Origin: a virus
Taxonomy: Duplodnaviria; Heunggongvirae; Uroviricota; Caudoviricetes
DNA: 64,000 bases
Reading direction: 5' to 3' (one strand)
IMG/VR virus record: IMGVR_UViG_2744054576_000007
Span: 64,001-128,000 of that record
Both the position numbers and the translations under genes were made by a program. Below, piece after piece: positions 27,090-37,625 of this stretch. Position 1 is the first letter of the stretch. Each line of letters starts with the position of its first letter. The notes beneath the pieces are model-generated. The model worked only from the letters and a program-made list of their open reading frames with translations, was not told the origin of the DNA and searched no databases.

Positions 27090-28637
27090 ATGACAAGAAA
27101 AAACAACAAGGATACGCCTAATGTAAACATAGCTCCACCCAAAATAGAAAATAGTGAAGATTATGCATTGCAATTTGCAAAAGCTCTCTCCAGTAGTTAT
27201 CAAAGTGGTTCGCTATTTAGTCCACTATGGCAAAATGAATTGCTGAAATCCCTAAATATGTCTCCTACTACATTTGATCGAAAAAAGATTGAAGAAATGA
27301 TTAAAAATCCAAAAGCAAACGAAGATGCCTTAAAGGATTTAAGTCAGTATCTTTTTAATGTAGTAATGCAGTTTAATCGATTAGTTAACTACTATTCTAC
27401 TATACCTACCTTCGACTCATTTATAGTTGCAACTAATGCAGATGAAGAGGATATGAAATCTACTGCTTTTAAAAAATCTAGACGTAAAGCCGTTGATATC
27501 GTAGAAAAAATATCGCCCAAGTCTACCTTTCCAAACATTTTAAAAGGTGTAATCTTAGAAGACGCTAAATTTTACTATGTTCGTGAGTTCGGTGATTCTG
27601 TTGCTTTGCAAGAAATGCCAGCAAAATACTGCAAAATCATCAATAAAACTGAATATGGATATCAATATGCTTTTAATATGTATTATTTTTTACAATCAGG
27701 TGTGAATATAAACGATTTTGCTCCTGAATTTAGTGAATATTACAGTGACTTCGCCAATGCTGGGAGCAGAAAAGATCGTTATTTTTATTGGCAACCTCTT
27801 GATCCTATAAAAGCTCCAGTGTTTAAATTCGACGAAACAAGAGCTGGGCTTACTCCTCCTTTAATGGGGTTATTTTTAGATAGTGCCGAAATAGAACATT
27901 ACAAAGGTTTACTGAAAACAAAAACCGAGCTTGAAACTTGGAAGATAATTGTTGGACAAATTCCAATGAAGAGTGACACCAAGGGGGCATCGGTAGCTAA
28001 TAACTTTGCTATTGATCCAAATGTTGCAGGTCAATATACTGCTATTCTCCAAGCTGGCGTTCCGAATGGAGTAAAAGTTGCCACTACCCCGTTTGAGTTA
28101 AAAACGGTGGATTTTAATCAATCACAAACTCAAAATAACATAGTTGGTTTTAGTCAGGATAATTTTTATCAAGCTGCTGGCTCTACTCCTATATTATTTG
28201 GTTCGGGGACTGTTAATGCTTCCGGTCTTCAAGCATCAATCAAGGTCGATGAAAGTTATGTAATTCATATGTATCGCCAGTTTGAGCGTTTTATCAACAG
28301 TTATCTAAAAAGCAAAACGGGAAAATATCGTCATAAAGTAGTCTTTCCTGATATAACAGTGTTCAACAGAGATGAAAAGTTCGAAAAGTACCTTAAAGCT
28401 GGACAGTTTGGATTTTCTAAAACATTGGTCTCTTTGGCTATGGGTATCAACCCTGAAGATATGCAAAGTCTGTTGGCTTATGAAAACAGTATTAACCTTG
28501 TTGAAAAATACCTCGTTCCCCTTTCCAGTTCCCACGTGCAGAACGGTAATAAGGATAGCGGTCGCCCAAAAGTATCTGATAACGATCTTAGTGATGATGG
28601 TGCAAAGACAAGAGACTTAGATTTGAATAATCGTTAG
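27090..28637 (+). CDS. Portal protein
   Basis: 515 aa directly after terminase; C-terminal SGRP motif typical of portals. Confidence 0.8.
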   Translation: MTRKNNKDTPNVNIAPPKIENSEDYALQFAKALSSSYQSGSLFSPLWQNELLKSLNMSPTTFDRKKIEEMIKNPKANEDALKDLSQYLFNVVMQFNRLVNYYSTIPTFDSFIVATNADEEDMKSTAFKKSRRKAVDIVEKISPKSTFPNILKGVILEDAKFYYVREFGDSVALQEMPAKYCKIINKTEYGYQYAFNMYYFLQSGVNINDFAPEFSEYYSDFANAGSRKDRYFYWQPLDPIKAPVFKFDETRAGLTPPLMGLFLDSAEIEHYKGLLKTKTELETWKIIVGQIPMKSDTKGASVANNFAIDPNVAGQYTAILQAGVPNGVKVATTPFELKTVDFNQSQTQNNIVGFSQDNFYQAAGSTPILFGSGTVNASGLQASIKVDESYVIHMYRQFERFINSYLKSKTGKYRHKVVFPDITVFNRDEKFEKYLKAGQFGFSKTLVSLAMGINPEDMQSLLAYENSINLVEKYLVPLSSSHVQNGNKDSGRPKVSDNDLSDDGAKTRDLDLNNR

Positions 28638-28651
28638 ACTCTTTTGAGGAG

Positions 28652-30172
28652 GTGATAATTATAAAAAATAAGGATAAAAAAGCTACTCTTTTCGTCGAGA
28701 ATTATGAAATCGAACCTCTTAACGATTCTAGATTTTCAAGACTTAGAATGTGGATATCTCATGATGGTGTAAACAACAATAAAAGTAACATCGATTTCGA
28801 TGTTCTTAAAAATGCTGAATCATCTGTCGTTAATATTCCTATTTTGGCCCATATAGAAGGCGATGATTTTGGTGAGCATGAAATGGAATATGATGAAGAC
28901 GAAGATAAAATTACATATATCGAAAAGCCCATCGGAGTAATTTCTGCCGTTAATAACAACTATCATTATGAAGAAATTGATGGGAGAAATTATGCAGTTG
29001 TAGATGGATACATATGGAATGTCTATGCACAAGATGAGATGGATATCATCAACAACCAAGAAGAAACTAAGCTGTCAATCGAAATTGTAATTGATGAATC
29101 TGAGTACAACAAAGAGACAAAAATATTGAATATTAGATCATTTAGGTATACTGGCGTTACTTTATTGGGCAATAAATACGGCACTGGTATGATTAACGCT
29201 CACGCAAAAATTGAGCATTTTTCTTTGGATGATGACTTTACCAAAAAAATGAAAGAGTTAAATTCATTTCTACATCATTTTAATGATGCTAATACACAAA
29301 CAGATAAAAGTAAGGAGGATAATGTCCAATTGCAAAAAAACAAAAAAGAAATTGCAGCCCTTTTCAAATTGACTACTAATCAATTATACGAAGAGATTGA
29401 TAACGCCCTTAGTAAACAGAAATACATAGGTACTAATTGGTATGGAGAGTCAGTAGAAAGATGCTCTTATTATCTTAGTGACTTTGATGAAAATTATATC
29501 TATCTTTGCGATGTTCAAGATGGATACAAGTATAAGAAAGCATCTTACAGTATGCAAGGAGATAATGTTGTAATTGATTTCAACACTCTGACAAGAATTA
29601 AATATTCTCCTGTAGATTGGGTAGATGGAGATGAAGCCGATGATGCGATCAACACCTTTAAGTCCACTATCGATTTAATTAGCAGCGAAGCAACAGAAGT
29701 CTTAAACAAGGAAAAAAACGAGAAAGAAACGCTGGTCGCTGAGTTTACTGAAAAAATCGAGAGTAAAGATGAGGCCATTCTTTCATTGAATCAAACATTG
29801 ACAGAAATTCAAGAAAAATTTACTGAAGTAGAGTCTCAAATTACAAATAAAGACGAGAAAATCACCGAGCTTCAGAAAGAAATTTTAAAATTTAAAGAAG
29901 CTGAAGATGTAGAAAGAATTGATGAGCTATTTAATTCTTACCCTACTCTTCTCACCGAAGATGAAAAAGCTAAGTTTACAGAAAAGCGTTCTTCATTTGC
30001 TACTTTTTCTGAATTTGAAAAGGAAGTTAAATCTTACGTATGTGATCGTATTATCGAAACTACCAAATCGAAGAACTTTAACTTTATTTCAATGGGACTT
30101 CCAGATGATGGCGAGCAAAATAAAGAAACACCTAAAACAGTTTGGGATAGACTTTCTCAACAAAACAATTAA
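28652..30172 (+). CDS. Prohead protease / scaffolding protein
   Basis: HDGVNNNKS..NIPILAH..KLSIEIVID..GVTLLG; acidic coiled-coil C-terminus; true start probably ATT 28658 or ATA 28661. Confidence 0.75.
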   Translation: MIIIKNKDKKATLFVENYEIEPLNDSRFSRLRMWISHDGVNNNKSNIDFDVLKNAESSVVNIPILAHIEGDDFGEHEMEYDEDEDKITYIEKPIGVISAVNNNYHYEEIDGRNYAVVDGYIWNVYAQDEMDIINNQEETKLSIEIVIDESEYNKETKILNIRSFRYTGVTLLGNKYGTGMINAHAKIEHFSLDDDFTKKMKELNSFLHHFNDANTQTDKSKEDNVQLQKNKKEIAALFKLTTNQLYEEIDNALSKQKYIGTNWYGESVERCSYYLSDFDENYIYLCDVQDGYKYKKASYSMQGDNVVIDFNTLTRIKYSPVDWVDGDEADDAINTFKSTIDLISSEATEVLNKEKNEKETLVAEFTEKIESKDEAILSLNQTLTEIQEKFTEVESQITNKDEKITELQKEILKFKEAEDVERIDELFNSYPTLLTEDEKAKFTEKRSSFATFSEFEKEVKSYVCDRIIETTKSKNFNFISMGLPDDGEQNKETPKTVWDRLSQQNN

Positions 30173-30190
30173 TAGGAGGAAATATATTTA

Positions 30191-30697
30191 ATGAGTACAA
30201 TTGTAAATCTTAATCTGATGGCTGGTACTAAAGTAGACAGCTTTATTCAGTCTGTTCAATTGCCTGAGGCGGTTGATAACGGTAGCTTTGTAGTTCTAAA
30301 AGGAGTGCTGGCAGGAAACCCAGAAGTTCGTATTGCTGCAACTCCAACTGATGTAGCTGCTCAAGAAGTGCTGTTGGTTGCAAGCCCAGAGATTCCAGAG
30401 GTCAATGGCTTCCGAATTGACGTAAGTGACCCTGCTCTATTCACCAATAAAGCTAATACCCCTGCTCGTGCATTTCGCCTTAAAAATGGTGACACATTCA
30501 CTATCACGGATGACGGCATCGATGGCTCAACAGTTGTGGATCAATACGTTATTCCACAGGATGGTAAATATAAAGGCATTGCTAGCGCAACCCTTGGAAC
30601 AACTAAAGTAGCGCTGTTGGTTCTTGAAAAAACAACTATTTCCGTTGGGCGCTCTCGTGTTCCAGCAACTAAACTGCAAGTAATTAAAGAAGCCTAA
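30191..30697 (+). CDS. Head decoration / minor capsid protein
   Basis: Between scaffold and capsid; VDNGSFVVLKG pattern. Confidence 0.6.
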   Translation: MSTIVNLNLMAGTKVDSFIQSVQLPEAVDNGSFVVLKGVLAGNPEVRIAATPTDVAAQEVLLVASPEIPEVNGFRIDVSDPALFTNKANTPARAFRLKNGDTFTITDDGIDGSTVVDQYVIPQDGKYKGIASATLGTTKVALLVLEKTTISVGRSRVPATKLQVIKEA

Positions 30698-30726
30698 TAC
30701 ATAATAATCGGAGGAACTAATTTAGT

Positions 30727-31836
30727 ATGAAAAACTATGGTAGCCTTAAGTTTTTTAATATGTCGCAAAATGAAAAAGATGTTGTACAAGCTGGTGTAGA
30801 AGCTTGGTACCACTATTGTTATCAAAACCGCAACAAAGATGGTCGTTTTAATAAGTATGCTCAATATGCGAATGATGGCGTATCCCTTGATGCAAAACAA
30901 GAACTGTTCACCAAAGGCTTGAAAAAAGAAGCTTACCGTCTAGCAGGCATTCCGTCTGATACCAATTTTACTGAAGGTATGATGGCTTCTAACCCTAATA
31001 TCCAGTGGGCAACATTTGCTCTGGTAGCTCAAACTTTGGATATCGTAATCCCTGAAACAGTTTTGGATAGTTTTTACCAGTTCGCAGAAGTTAAAAATGT
31101 AAACTGGGGCGATCAACTGGTGTTTCACGTAGATAGTCCAGATTTGTTTGTCGTTAGTACTAAAGCTAATGGTCAACGAGGTAATCAACGGCAACGTTTG
31201 TTCGGAAAAGATGTAACACTTACTCCTCAACGCCGTACTGTAGAAATTTATGAAGAACTTTATCGTGTGCTTGCAGGGAAAACAAATTGGGGCGCATGGG
31301 TTGCACGTGTAGCTCAAGCAATTGAAACTGATATCACTACTCGCATTTACTCTTCGATTTATGACTCTTTTACTACTCTGGGCGCTAAATATAAAGAAAA
31401 TGCTGCCTTTACTTCTACAGCTTTTAACAATCTGGTTCAACGTGTTTCTGCTGCAAACAATACGGACAAGAGTGTGGTATTCGGCACTAAAACTGCACTT
31501 GCTCGTATCTTGCCAGAGAATCAGTACCTTCAATTTGGTCTTGGACAAGAGTTTAATAAAAATGGACATTTGGGTAATTTCCAAGGCACAGAGCTTTTTG
31601 AAATTGGGCAACGTTTGAAACCAAATAGTGATGATTTTGCTATTGATGGTGATTTCGCTATTGTACTTTCTTCTGGTTCTGATAAGTTGGTCAAGATTGG
31701 ATTCGAAGGAAACACAGTGATTACACAAACGAAACCAGAAGATAATGCAGATCAAACTACAGGCTATTCTGTTTCACAACACTACGATGTTCAATTAATT
31801 ACAGCAGCAGCTTACGGTTTGTATAAATTTGCATAA
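30727..31836 (+). CDS. Major capsid protein
   Basis: 369 aa, biased codons, syntenic position, followed by terminator at 31843-31877. Confidence 0.8.
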   Translation: MKNYGSLKFFNMSQNEKDVVQAGVEAWYHYCYQNRNKDGRFNKYAQYANDGVSLDAKQELFTKGLKKEAYRLAGIPSDTNFTEGMMASNPNIQWATFALVAQTLDIVIPETVLDSFYQFAEVKNVNWGDQLVFHVDSPDLFVVSTKANGQRGNQRQRLFGKDVTLTPQRRTVEIYEELYRVLAGKTNWGAWVARVAQAIETDITTRIYSSIYDSFTTLGAKYKENAAFTSTAFNNLVQRVSAANNTDKSVVFGTKTALARILPENQYLQFGLGQEFNKNGHLGNFQGTELFEIGQRLKPNSDDFAIDGDFAIVLSSGSDKLVKIGFEGNTVITQTKPEDNADQTTGYSVSQHYDVQLITAAAYGLYKFA

Positions 31837-31904
31837 TATTACTGGTCGGTAAGTGTTAAGCTTACTGACCTTCTTTTAATTCAAATAATAGGGAGGCATA
31901 GAGA

Positions 31905-32603
31905 ATGGCGGCAACACGAAAAATGGATTCAGCTAATAATACAGATACAATAGATAATCCTAGTAACGAACCTGTTCAAAAAACTGAAAAAGAAAAAGCG
32001 TTAGAAGATCAAGTTGCTGAACTCACAGCCCTAGTTAAAGGTTTGCTAGAGAAAAATAAAGAACTCGAAACCACTCATGAGGAGCTTAAAACAGAGACCA
32101 GAAAGGTAAATTCACTGTTTGAGTCTGTTGAAGATAAATTAGATATTGATCCTCGCGAATACATCAGGGTGATTTCTTTAACTAATGGTGGACTGAATCT
32201 AACGGCTACTAATTCTACTATTAGATTTAATGATTTTGGAACATCGAAGCTGATTACCTTCGAAGATGTACGAGCAATTGTAGACAACCATACTAAGTTC
32301 GCTCATGAAGGAGCATTTCTGATCCAAAGCGAGAAAGCAGTAAAAGCTCTGTACCTAGAAGATGTATATCAAAATTTTATTAGTCGTGAAGCAATCGAGA
32401 ATATTATCTCCTTGGACATCAACGAAATCACAGATACTTTAAATTCTGTTTCCCCTACTCTACGTGAGAACATAGTTGAGCGAATTGTAGTAGGCATTGC
32501 AAGCAATGATAGAAAGTTTCAGGACAGATATAAAATTGATGCGATTGGTAAGCTAGTAAATCAGGACTTGTATGAGTTAGCAAAAGTTAAAAATAACGTT
32601 TAA
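31905..32603 (+). CDS. Conserved head-region protein (YonA-like)
   Basis: Synteny; coiled-coil N-terminus. Confidence 0.55.
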   Translation: MAATRKMDSANNTDTIDNPSNEPVQKTEKEKALEDQVAELTALVKGLLEKNKELETTHEELKTETRKVNSLFESVEDKLDIDPREYIRVISLTNGGLNLTATNSTIRFNDFGTSKLITFEDVRAIVDNHTKFAHEGAFLIQSEKAVKALYLEDVYQNFISREAIENIISLDINEITDTLNSVSPTLRENIVERIVVGIASNDRKFQDRYKIDAIGKLVNQDLYELAKVKNNV

Positions 32604-32617
32604 GGGGATTGATTTTT

Positions 32618-33043
32618 ATGACCCCATACTCAAAAATCTTCGAGAGATTTCAAGGAAAAATTCAGGATTACACAATTGATGAAATGTTCCTGAACTCGAT
32701 TGAAGATTATGAAGATTATCTTACGGGATTTCTTAAGTCAGGTTTGGTTAAGTTTAGCTACTGTAAAAACGATCTCTCTGCCAGAGATGAGGAAAACAGA
32801 AGCTTTACTGTTGATTTAACGGAGTTAGAACAAGAAATACTGTCACAGCTAATGCTTGGCGAATGGTTTGAAAAAGAAGTAAATAATATTCTTGATATGA
32901 GATTGGCGATTTCTTCATCGGATTGGAAAAGGTATAGCGAATCTCAGAACTTTAAAGAAAAAGCTGTATTACGTGATAAAGCTATTGAGCGCGCTGATGC
33001 GCTAATGATGCAATACTATTTGAAAAATATGAGCGTGAATTAG
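32618..33043 (+). CDS. Head-tail adaptor/connector
   Basis: MTPYSKIFERF..LTELEQEILSQLM..W; synteny; ATG at 32618. Confidence 0.6.
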   Translation: MTPYSKIFERFQGKIQDYTIDEMFLNSIEDYEDYLTGFLKSGLVKFSYCKNDLSARDEENRSFTVDLTELEQEILSQLMLGEWFEKEVNNILDMRLAISSSDWKRYSESQNFKEKAVLRDKAIERADALMMQYYLKNMSVN

Positions 33044-33044
33044 T

Positions 33045-34238
33045 ATGAGTTACAAGGCGTACAAGTCATATCTTTCTAACTGTAAAACAACTGCTAGAGA
33101 CAGAAATATTGTCCACACTAAGCACGTTATGAATTCAACTTTTTCACAATCTCCTAGCTATTATCAAGTGAGTATCAACGGAAATTCCAACCAAGAAGTT
33201 TGGATAACTGATGACGGAGATATACGAGAACAGAAGAATATTGTCGCAATGAATTATCCGTTAAAAATGGGTGACTTGATTGTATGGAAAGATAAGAAAT
33301 GGCTGTGCAATCATGTTGATGATATGGAGATATATCATCGTGGCGTGATGCTCATTTGTTACTCGACCCTTAAGTGGTTAGACGATCAGGGAGAAATTCA
33401 AGAAACTCCATTCTCTTTCAAATCCGATACATCGTCTAATTTTGGCATCCAAGAAGGACGAATCCTGATGATGCCCAATGAAAGACGACAAATAACTGTC
33501 CAAAAAAACGATCAGACCGAAAGAATAAAGAAAAATAGACGGTTTATTATTGATGGTCGTGCTTGGAAGACTGTAGGAATTAATCGTTTAATTGACGGAT
33601 TAATAAATTTGACATTAGAAGAGCAAGATTTAATTCCTGCTGACAATTTAGAACTTGAGATTGCTGATTACATTGGTAACATCGCTGACTACCAACTAAA
33701 GGTTTTGAATGTTAAGGATATTGTGGCTATAGAAGAAAATCAAACTCTTCAGTTGAGCATTGAGTTAACCAATAATTCAAAGGTCATAGAAGTTGATGAA
33801 CAAATCACATATTCTGTGGCTGATGAAAATATCTTATCAGTCTCTCCTACTGGCTTAGTAACTCCTTTGAAAAAAGGAATAAGTAAAATAACCATTTCAT
33901 TCAGAAATATTTCTCAAACTATTCAAGTTAATGTTACGTCCTCTACTACAAACAATTATACTGCCCACATTACAGGCGACGAATTCATTAAATACAATAT
34001 GACCAAATCCTTCACTTGTTCGTTTAAGGACAATGGAATTGATCGACAAGAAAAGGCTCATTTTTGGTTGACTGAGATTGATGGTTTAACCACCACTTTA
34101 GCCAGCATAATCGAACAAGATGGACAAGTCTGTAAAATTAAAGCTAACAATAAGAAAGGAAGAGTTATTTTACATGTTGAAAACTCTACCAGCTTAGCTT
34201 ATACAAAAAAAGAAATTGAAATTAAATCATTACTATAA
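33045..34238 (+). CDS. Head closure/stopper protein with Ig-like (Big_2) domain
   Basis: ITYSVADENILSVSPTGLVTPLKKGISKITIS is an Ig-like signature. Confidence 0.65.
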   Translation: MSYKAYKSYLSNCKTTARDRNIVHTKHVMNSTFSQSPSYYQVSINGNSNQEVWITDDGDIREQKNIVAMNYPLKMGDLIVWKDKKWLCNHVDDMEIYHRGVMLICYSTLKWLDDQGEIQETPFSFKSDTSSNFGIQEGRILMMPNERRQITVQKNDQTERIKKNRRFIIDGRAWKTVGINRLIDGLINLTLEEQDLIPADNLELEIADYIGNIADYQLKVLNVKDIVAIEENQTLQLSIELTNNSKVIEVDEQITYSVADENILSVSPTGLVTPLKKGISKITISFRNISQTIQVNVTSSTTNNYTAHITGDEFIKYNMTKSFTCSFKDNGIDRQEKAHFWLTEIDGLTTTLASIIEQDGQVCKIKANNKKGRVILHVENSTSLAYTKKEIEIKSLL

Positions 34239-34249
34239 GGAGTGTATCC

Positions 34250-34759
34250 ATGCAAGCCATCATCCGTTTTGGAGAACTTAAGCTTGAGCAATTTGTTCAA
34301 GGAGCTACAAATAATTGGCTTATCTTCTCTCCCCTTCCCTACTCTATGCAGCACTCATCTGGGATTGATAACACTGTAATTATTAGTGCTACACCCACAA
34401 TTGAAATCATTGATGCTGATCTAGACGTTGCTATTAATCCACAATATAAATATGCTTATTCAATTGCTACAGATAATAAACTTAAATTAGCATTTTCCAA
34501 GGAAACACACCCCGACAAAGGATCTGCACTTGAAGCTCTAAAATGCATTGCCCTTACATATGAACTTGGTAATCTACAACCTAATGGTAATTATTATAAG
34601 GTTAAGGTTCGTAATAGTCTTGGCGAGGAAATTCACCGAACTACTCCACTTACTCTGGATCAGGTAGATAAGGTCGTCGCTACATTTGATGATACAAGGG
34701 ATATGAACACTAGTGGTTTTCTGGAATATGTACTGACCAGAGATTTTATTGTGAACTAA
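34250..34759 (+). CDS. Hypothetical protein in neck module
   Basis: SD AAGGAG; tightly packed. Confidence 0.6.
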   Translation: MQAIIRFGELKLEQFVQGATNNWLIFSPLPYSMQHSSGIDNTVIISATPTIEIIDADLDVAINPQYKYAYSIATDNKLKLAFSKETHPDKGSALEALKCIALTYELGNLQPNGNYYKVKVRNSLGEEIHRTTPLTLDQVDKVVATFDDTRDMNTSGFLEYVLTRDFIVN

Positions 34760-34760
34760 C

Positions 34761-35237
34761 ATGTCTCGATTTAGAGAATTAGGATCTCTCAGAACAAAAG
34801 TCTTAGAAAAGCTAATTAGCTCACAAGAATTATGTAAGGCTTTACAGTACGATAATAGCAACTATTTAAATCGAGAGACAATAGATGATCCATCTTCTCT
34901 ATTGTTCAATAAAATATACCCCTACAATCATGTTCCTGAGTTATCTAGTGACGCTTCCTCGTATGTTACTTTTTCCTTTAAAGAATACAGACCGACAGAT
35001 AATTTGAAATTCAAGTCTGCCCTGCTACACTTTCAAGTTTTGGTGCATAAAGATTTAATAAGAACCGATTATGAAAATCTGAGATACGACGATATTATTG
35101 CTGCCATTGATGAACTATTTAACGATGAACGAATCTTAGGAATTGGAAAATTAGAGTTTTACCGTATGGATGAGATGTTCGTAAATACAAATTATGTGGG
35201 TTACTACTTACAATACAAGTTATATGAATTTAAGTAG
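34761..35237 (+). CDS. Tail terminator/completion protein
   Basis: KIYPY..RYDDIIAAIDELFN..GIGKLEF; synteny. Confidence 0.6.
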   Translation: MSRFRELGSLRTKVLEKLISSQELCKALQYDNSNYLNRETIDDPSSLLFNKIYPYNHVPELSSDASSYVTFSFKEYRPTDNLKFKSALLHFQVLVHKDLIRTDYENLRYDDIIAAIDELFNDERILGIGKLEFYRMDEMFVNTNYVGYYLQYKLYEFK

Positions 35238-35245
35238 GTGGTCAT

Positions 35246-35959
35246 TTGGATGAATTAGATATCCATTTCAAGTTACTTGGCGGTAGACCAATTTACATCG
35301 AGCAAGCTGGCTACCTAACAATCCCCACTCTTGAAAAAATCGTTGATATAAACATGTCTCTGTATAATTCTTTCCTGGCATCTCTCCTTATAGATAAAAC
35401 TATGATAAAAAGCGACTTAGACAATAATGTTACGAATTTTGATATCTTTTATGCAAACTGCTATCACAATGAAGAGTTTAAGGCTAATGCATTTGCGGCA
35501 ATATACTTGTTTTTTAGTGAGAGTCCAACCCTAAAAGAATCGGAAAATAATGTTTATATTGAGATTGGTAAGGGGCAAATAAATCATAGTAATTTTAATA
35601 TAATCCAAAAGATTATAAGGCTTGGTAATAATGTAGAGATACAGAATGAGCCTGAATTTAAACCTGCTAACTCACGTGCTAAGAAGATGATAGAGATGAT
35701 TTTAAAGAATCGAGCCAAACAACCAAAAGTAAAAGAAAAAATTGACTTACATAGTATAGTTGCAGGTTTAGCTTGGAAAGACAACGGGTTAAGCCTTTTT
35801 GATTTGTATAAAATGAATATTTATCAAATCTACAACGGTCTGTATGTCAGTAACAATATCGATAACTATCACCACACAATAACAGCTCTTTATGCTGGAA
35901 CACTTGATGGTAAGAGTATAAAGATGGCTGACATACATTGGGCAAACAAATTAAAATAA
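35246..35959 (+). CDS. Conserved tail-region protein (YomV-like)
   Basis: Synteny, immediately before the tail tube gene. Confidence 0.55.
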   Translation: MDELDIHFKLLGGRPIYIEQAGYLTIPTLEKIVDINMSLYNSFLASLLIDKTMIKSDLDNNVTNFDIFYANCYHNEEFKANAFAAIYLFFSESPTLKESENNVYIEIGKGQINHSNFNIIQKIIRLGNNVEIQNEPEFKPANSRAKKMIEMILKNRAKQPKVKEKIDLHSIVAGLAWKDNGLSLFDLYKMNIYQIYNGLYVSNNIDNYHHTITALYAGTLDGKSIKMADIHWANKLK

Positions 35960-35968
35960 GAAAGATGT

Positions 35969-36772
35969 GTGATCATATTGACACCTAATACTTGGGCAAT
36001 CCGTGAGGTTGCACTTGCTACGTTTTATGATAAGAAAACTGGTAAAGCAAAGATTCAACTCCAAAATCTTAAAACATCGGGAATTGAGAACACTGCAACC
36101 ACTGTATATGCAATGGGTGGCCGTGGTAATAACCGTATTGTTGGTTTTTCTGGAGATCGTGGCGGTAAGGTATCGTTGCAAGACGCTATTTTTACAAACG
36201 AAGTTATTGCAATGATGACTGGTAATGATATTAAGAGTGGACAAGTTCCTATCAAATATCGCGATATTATTAAAGTAATTGACGATAAGGCAACATTGAA
36301 ATACACTCCTGCTACTCCTGTTAATGGACTAAATAGTGTTTACACGCTCTCTGAGGATCAAGTTCATCTTGAAGAAATTACATTTGCGACTGGTACTCTT
36401 GGAGATAAGCAATACAAGATTGAAGGTAAAGAATTAACATTTAAAACAGGTGAGTTTACTAATGGCACAGAATTGGTTGCTTATTATACGACTCAAACAG
36501 GGGCTTCAGCAAAACAAATAACAGTTAGCTCTGATAAGTTCGCTGGTACATATGAATTGATTCTAGATTGCTTGATCCGGGATACAGTCACTAAACAAGA
36601 TTTTGCGGCACAAATTCAAATTTTCGATGCCAAGATGGAAGATAACTGGAACCTTACTATGGCTGCCGAAGGAGACCCTTCTGTATTTGACATTCCAATT
36701 GAGATTTTGAAACCAGTAAATCGTAAAGAAACCTATATCATGACAATCTATGATGAAGATGAACTTGTATAA
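35969..36772 (+). CDS. Major tail (tube) protein
   Basis: LQNLKTSGIENTATTVYAMGGRGN..NWNLTMAAEGDPSVFD; terminator-like hairpin at 36789-36820; start may be TTG 35978. Confidence 0.78.
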   Translation: MIILTPNTWAIREVALATFYDKKTGKAKIQLQNLKTSGIENTATTVYAMGGRGNNRIVGFSGDRGGKVSLQDAIFTNEVIAMMTGNDIKSGQVPIKYRDIIKVIDDKATLKYTPATPVNGLNSVYTLSEDQVHLEEITFATGTLGDKQYKIEGKELTFKTGEFTNGTELVAYYTTQTGASAKQITVSSDKFAGTYELILDCLIRDTVTKQDFAAQIQIFDAKMEDNWNLTMAAEGDPSVFDIPIEILKPVNRKETYIMTIYDEDELV

Positions 36773-36842
36773 TTAAAAACTAATTTTGAGTGGGTAGACA
36801 ATCATGTCTAGCCACTCTTTATTTTAGGGAGGATGAAACTTT

Positions 36843-37625
36843 ATTTGTACAGAAACTATTACAATAGCATCTCCAATTAGAAATAGAGCTTGGATACTTC
36901 CTTTATATCTTGAACACATCAGAAATATTGAATATCCCAAAAATAAAATTGAGTTACTGTTTGTTGTAAATGATTCTCAAGATGAGTCACTTAACATATT
37001 GACTGAATTCAAGAAAACTCATCACGAATATAAAAAAATACGAATTGAGAAATATAACCGCAATGTCCCAGAAGACAAACGAGATTTAAGCACTAGGAAT
37101 AACTATGTATACACTCATTTGAGTATTTTAAAGAATTATGTCATGACCAAAGCCAGAACAGATAGATTGTTATTTGTCGACAGTGATATCCTTGTTCAAC
37201 CTGATATTATTAATAATCTACTCAAATCAAACAAAGATATTATTTCAGGATTGATTTGGAACGGATATATAGCTAATATCGATAAGCCTTACCTTTATCC
37301 CAACATCATGAAGATAACTGAACAGGGATTGTACAAACACATCGTAAACAGTTATGTCAAAAAAGCCCCCTCTCTCTCCTCTTCATTTCTTATAAAAGTT
37401 GATCTTACAGGGGCAGTTATTATGTTAAGCCGTAAAGTCTACAAGTCAGTAAAATACGGATTTCATCCGCAAGGCGAGGATGCATACTTTTGTAAAATGG
37501 CTCAGGACAAAGGGTTTGAGCTTTTTTGTGATTTAAGTGTGTTTTCGAATCATATTATGAGTCCAGAATATTTAAGGGAGTTCTTAAATGAAACAAAAAA
37601 TAATACTTTATCCACCCACCCTTAA
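36843..37625 (+). CDS. GT-A fold (family 2-like) glycosyltransferase
   Basis: Frame is open upstream of the tracked TTG (36999) to ATT at 36843 after SD GGGAGG: TITIASPIRNRAWILPLYL..FVVNDS; DxD motif FVDSD; GEDAYFC. Confidence 0.85.
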   Translation: MCTETITIASPIRNRAWILPLYLEHIRNIEYPKNKIELLFVVNDSQDESLNILTEFKKTHHEYKKIRIEKYNRNVPEDKRDLSTRNNYVYTHLSILKNYVMTKARTDRLLFVDSDILVQPDIINNLLKSNKDIISGLIWNGYIANIDKPYLYPNIMKITEQGLYKHIVNSYVKKAPSLSSSFLIKVDLTGAVIMLSRKVYKSVKYGFHPQGEDAYFCKMAQDKGFELFCDLSVFSNHIMSPEYLREFLNETKNNTLSTHP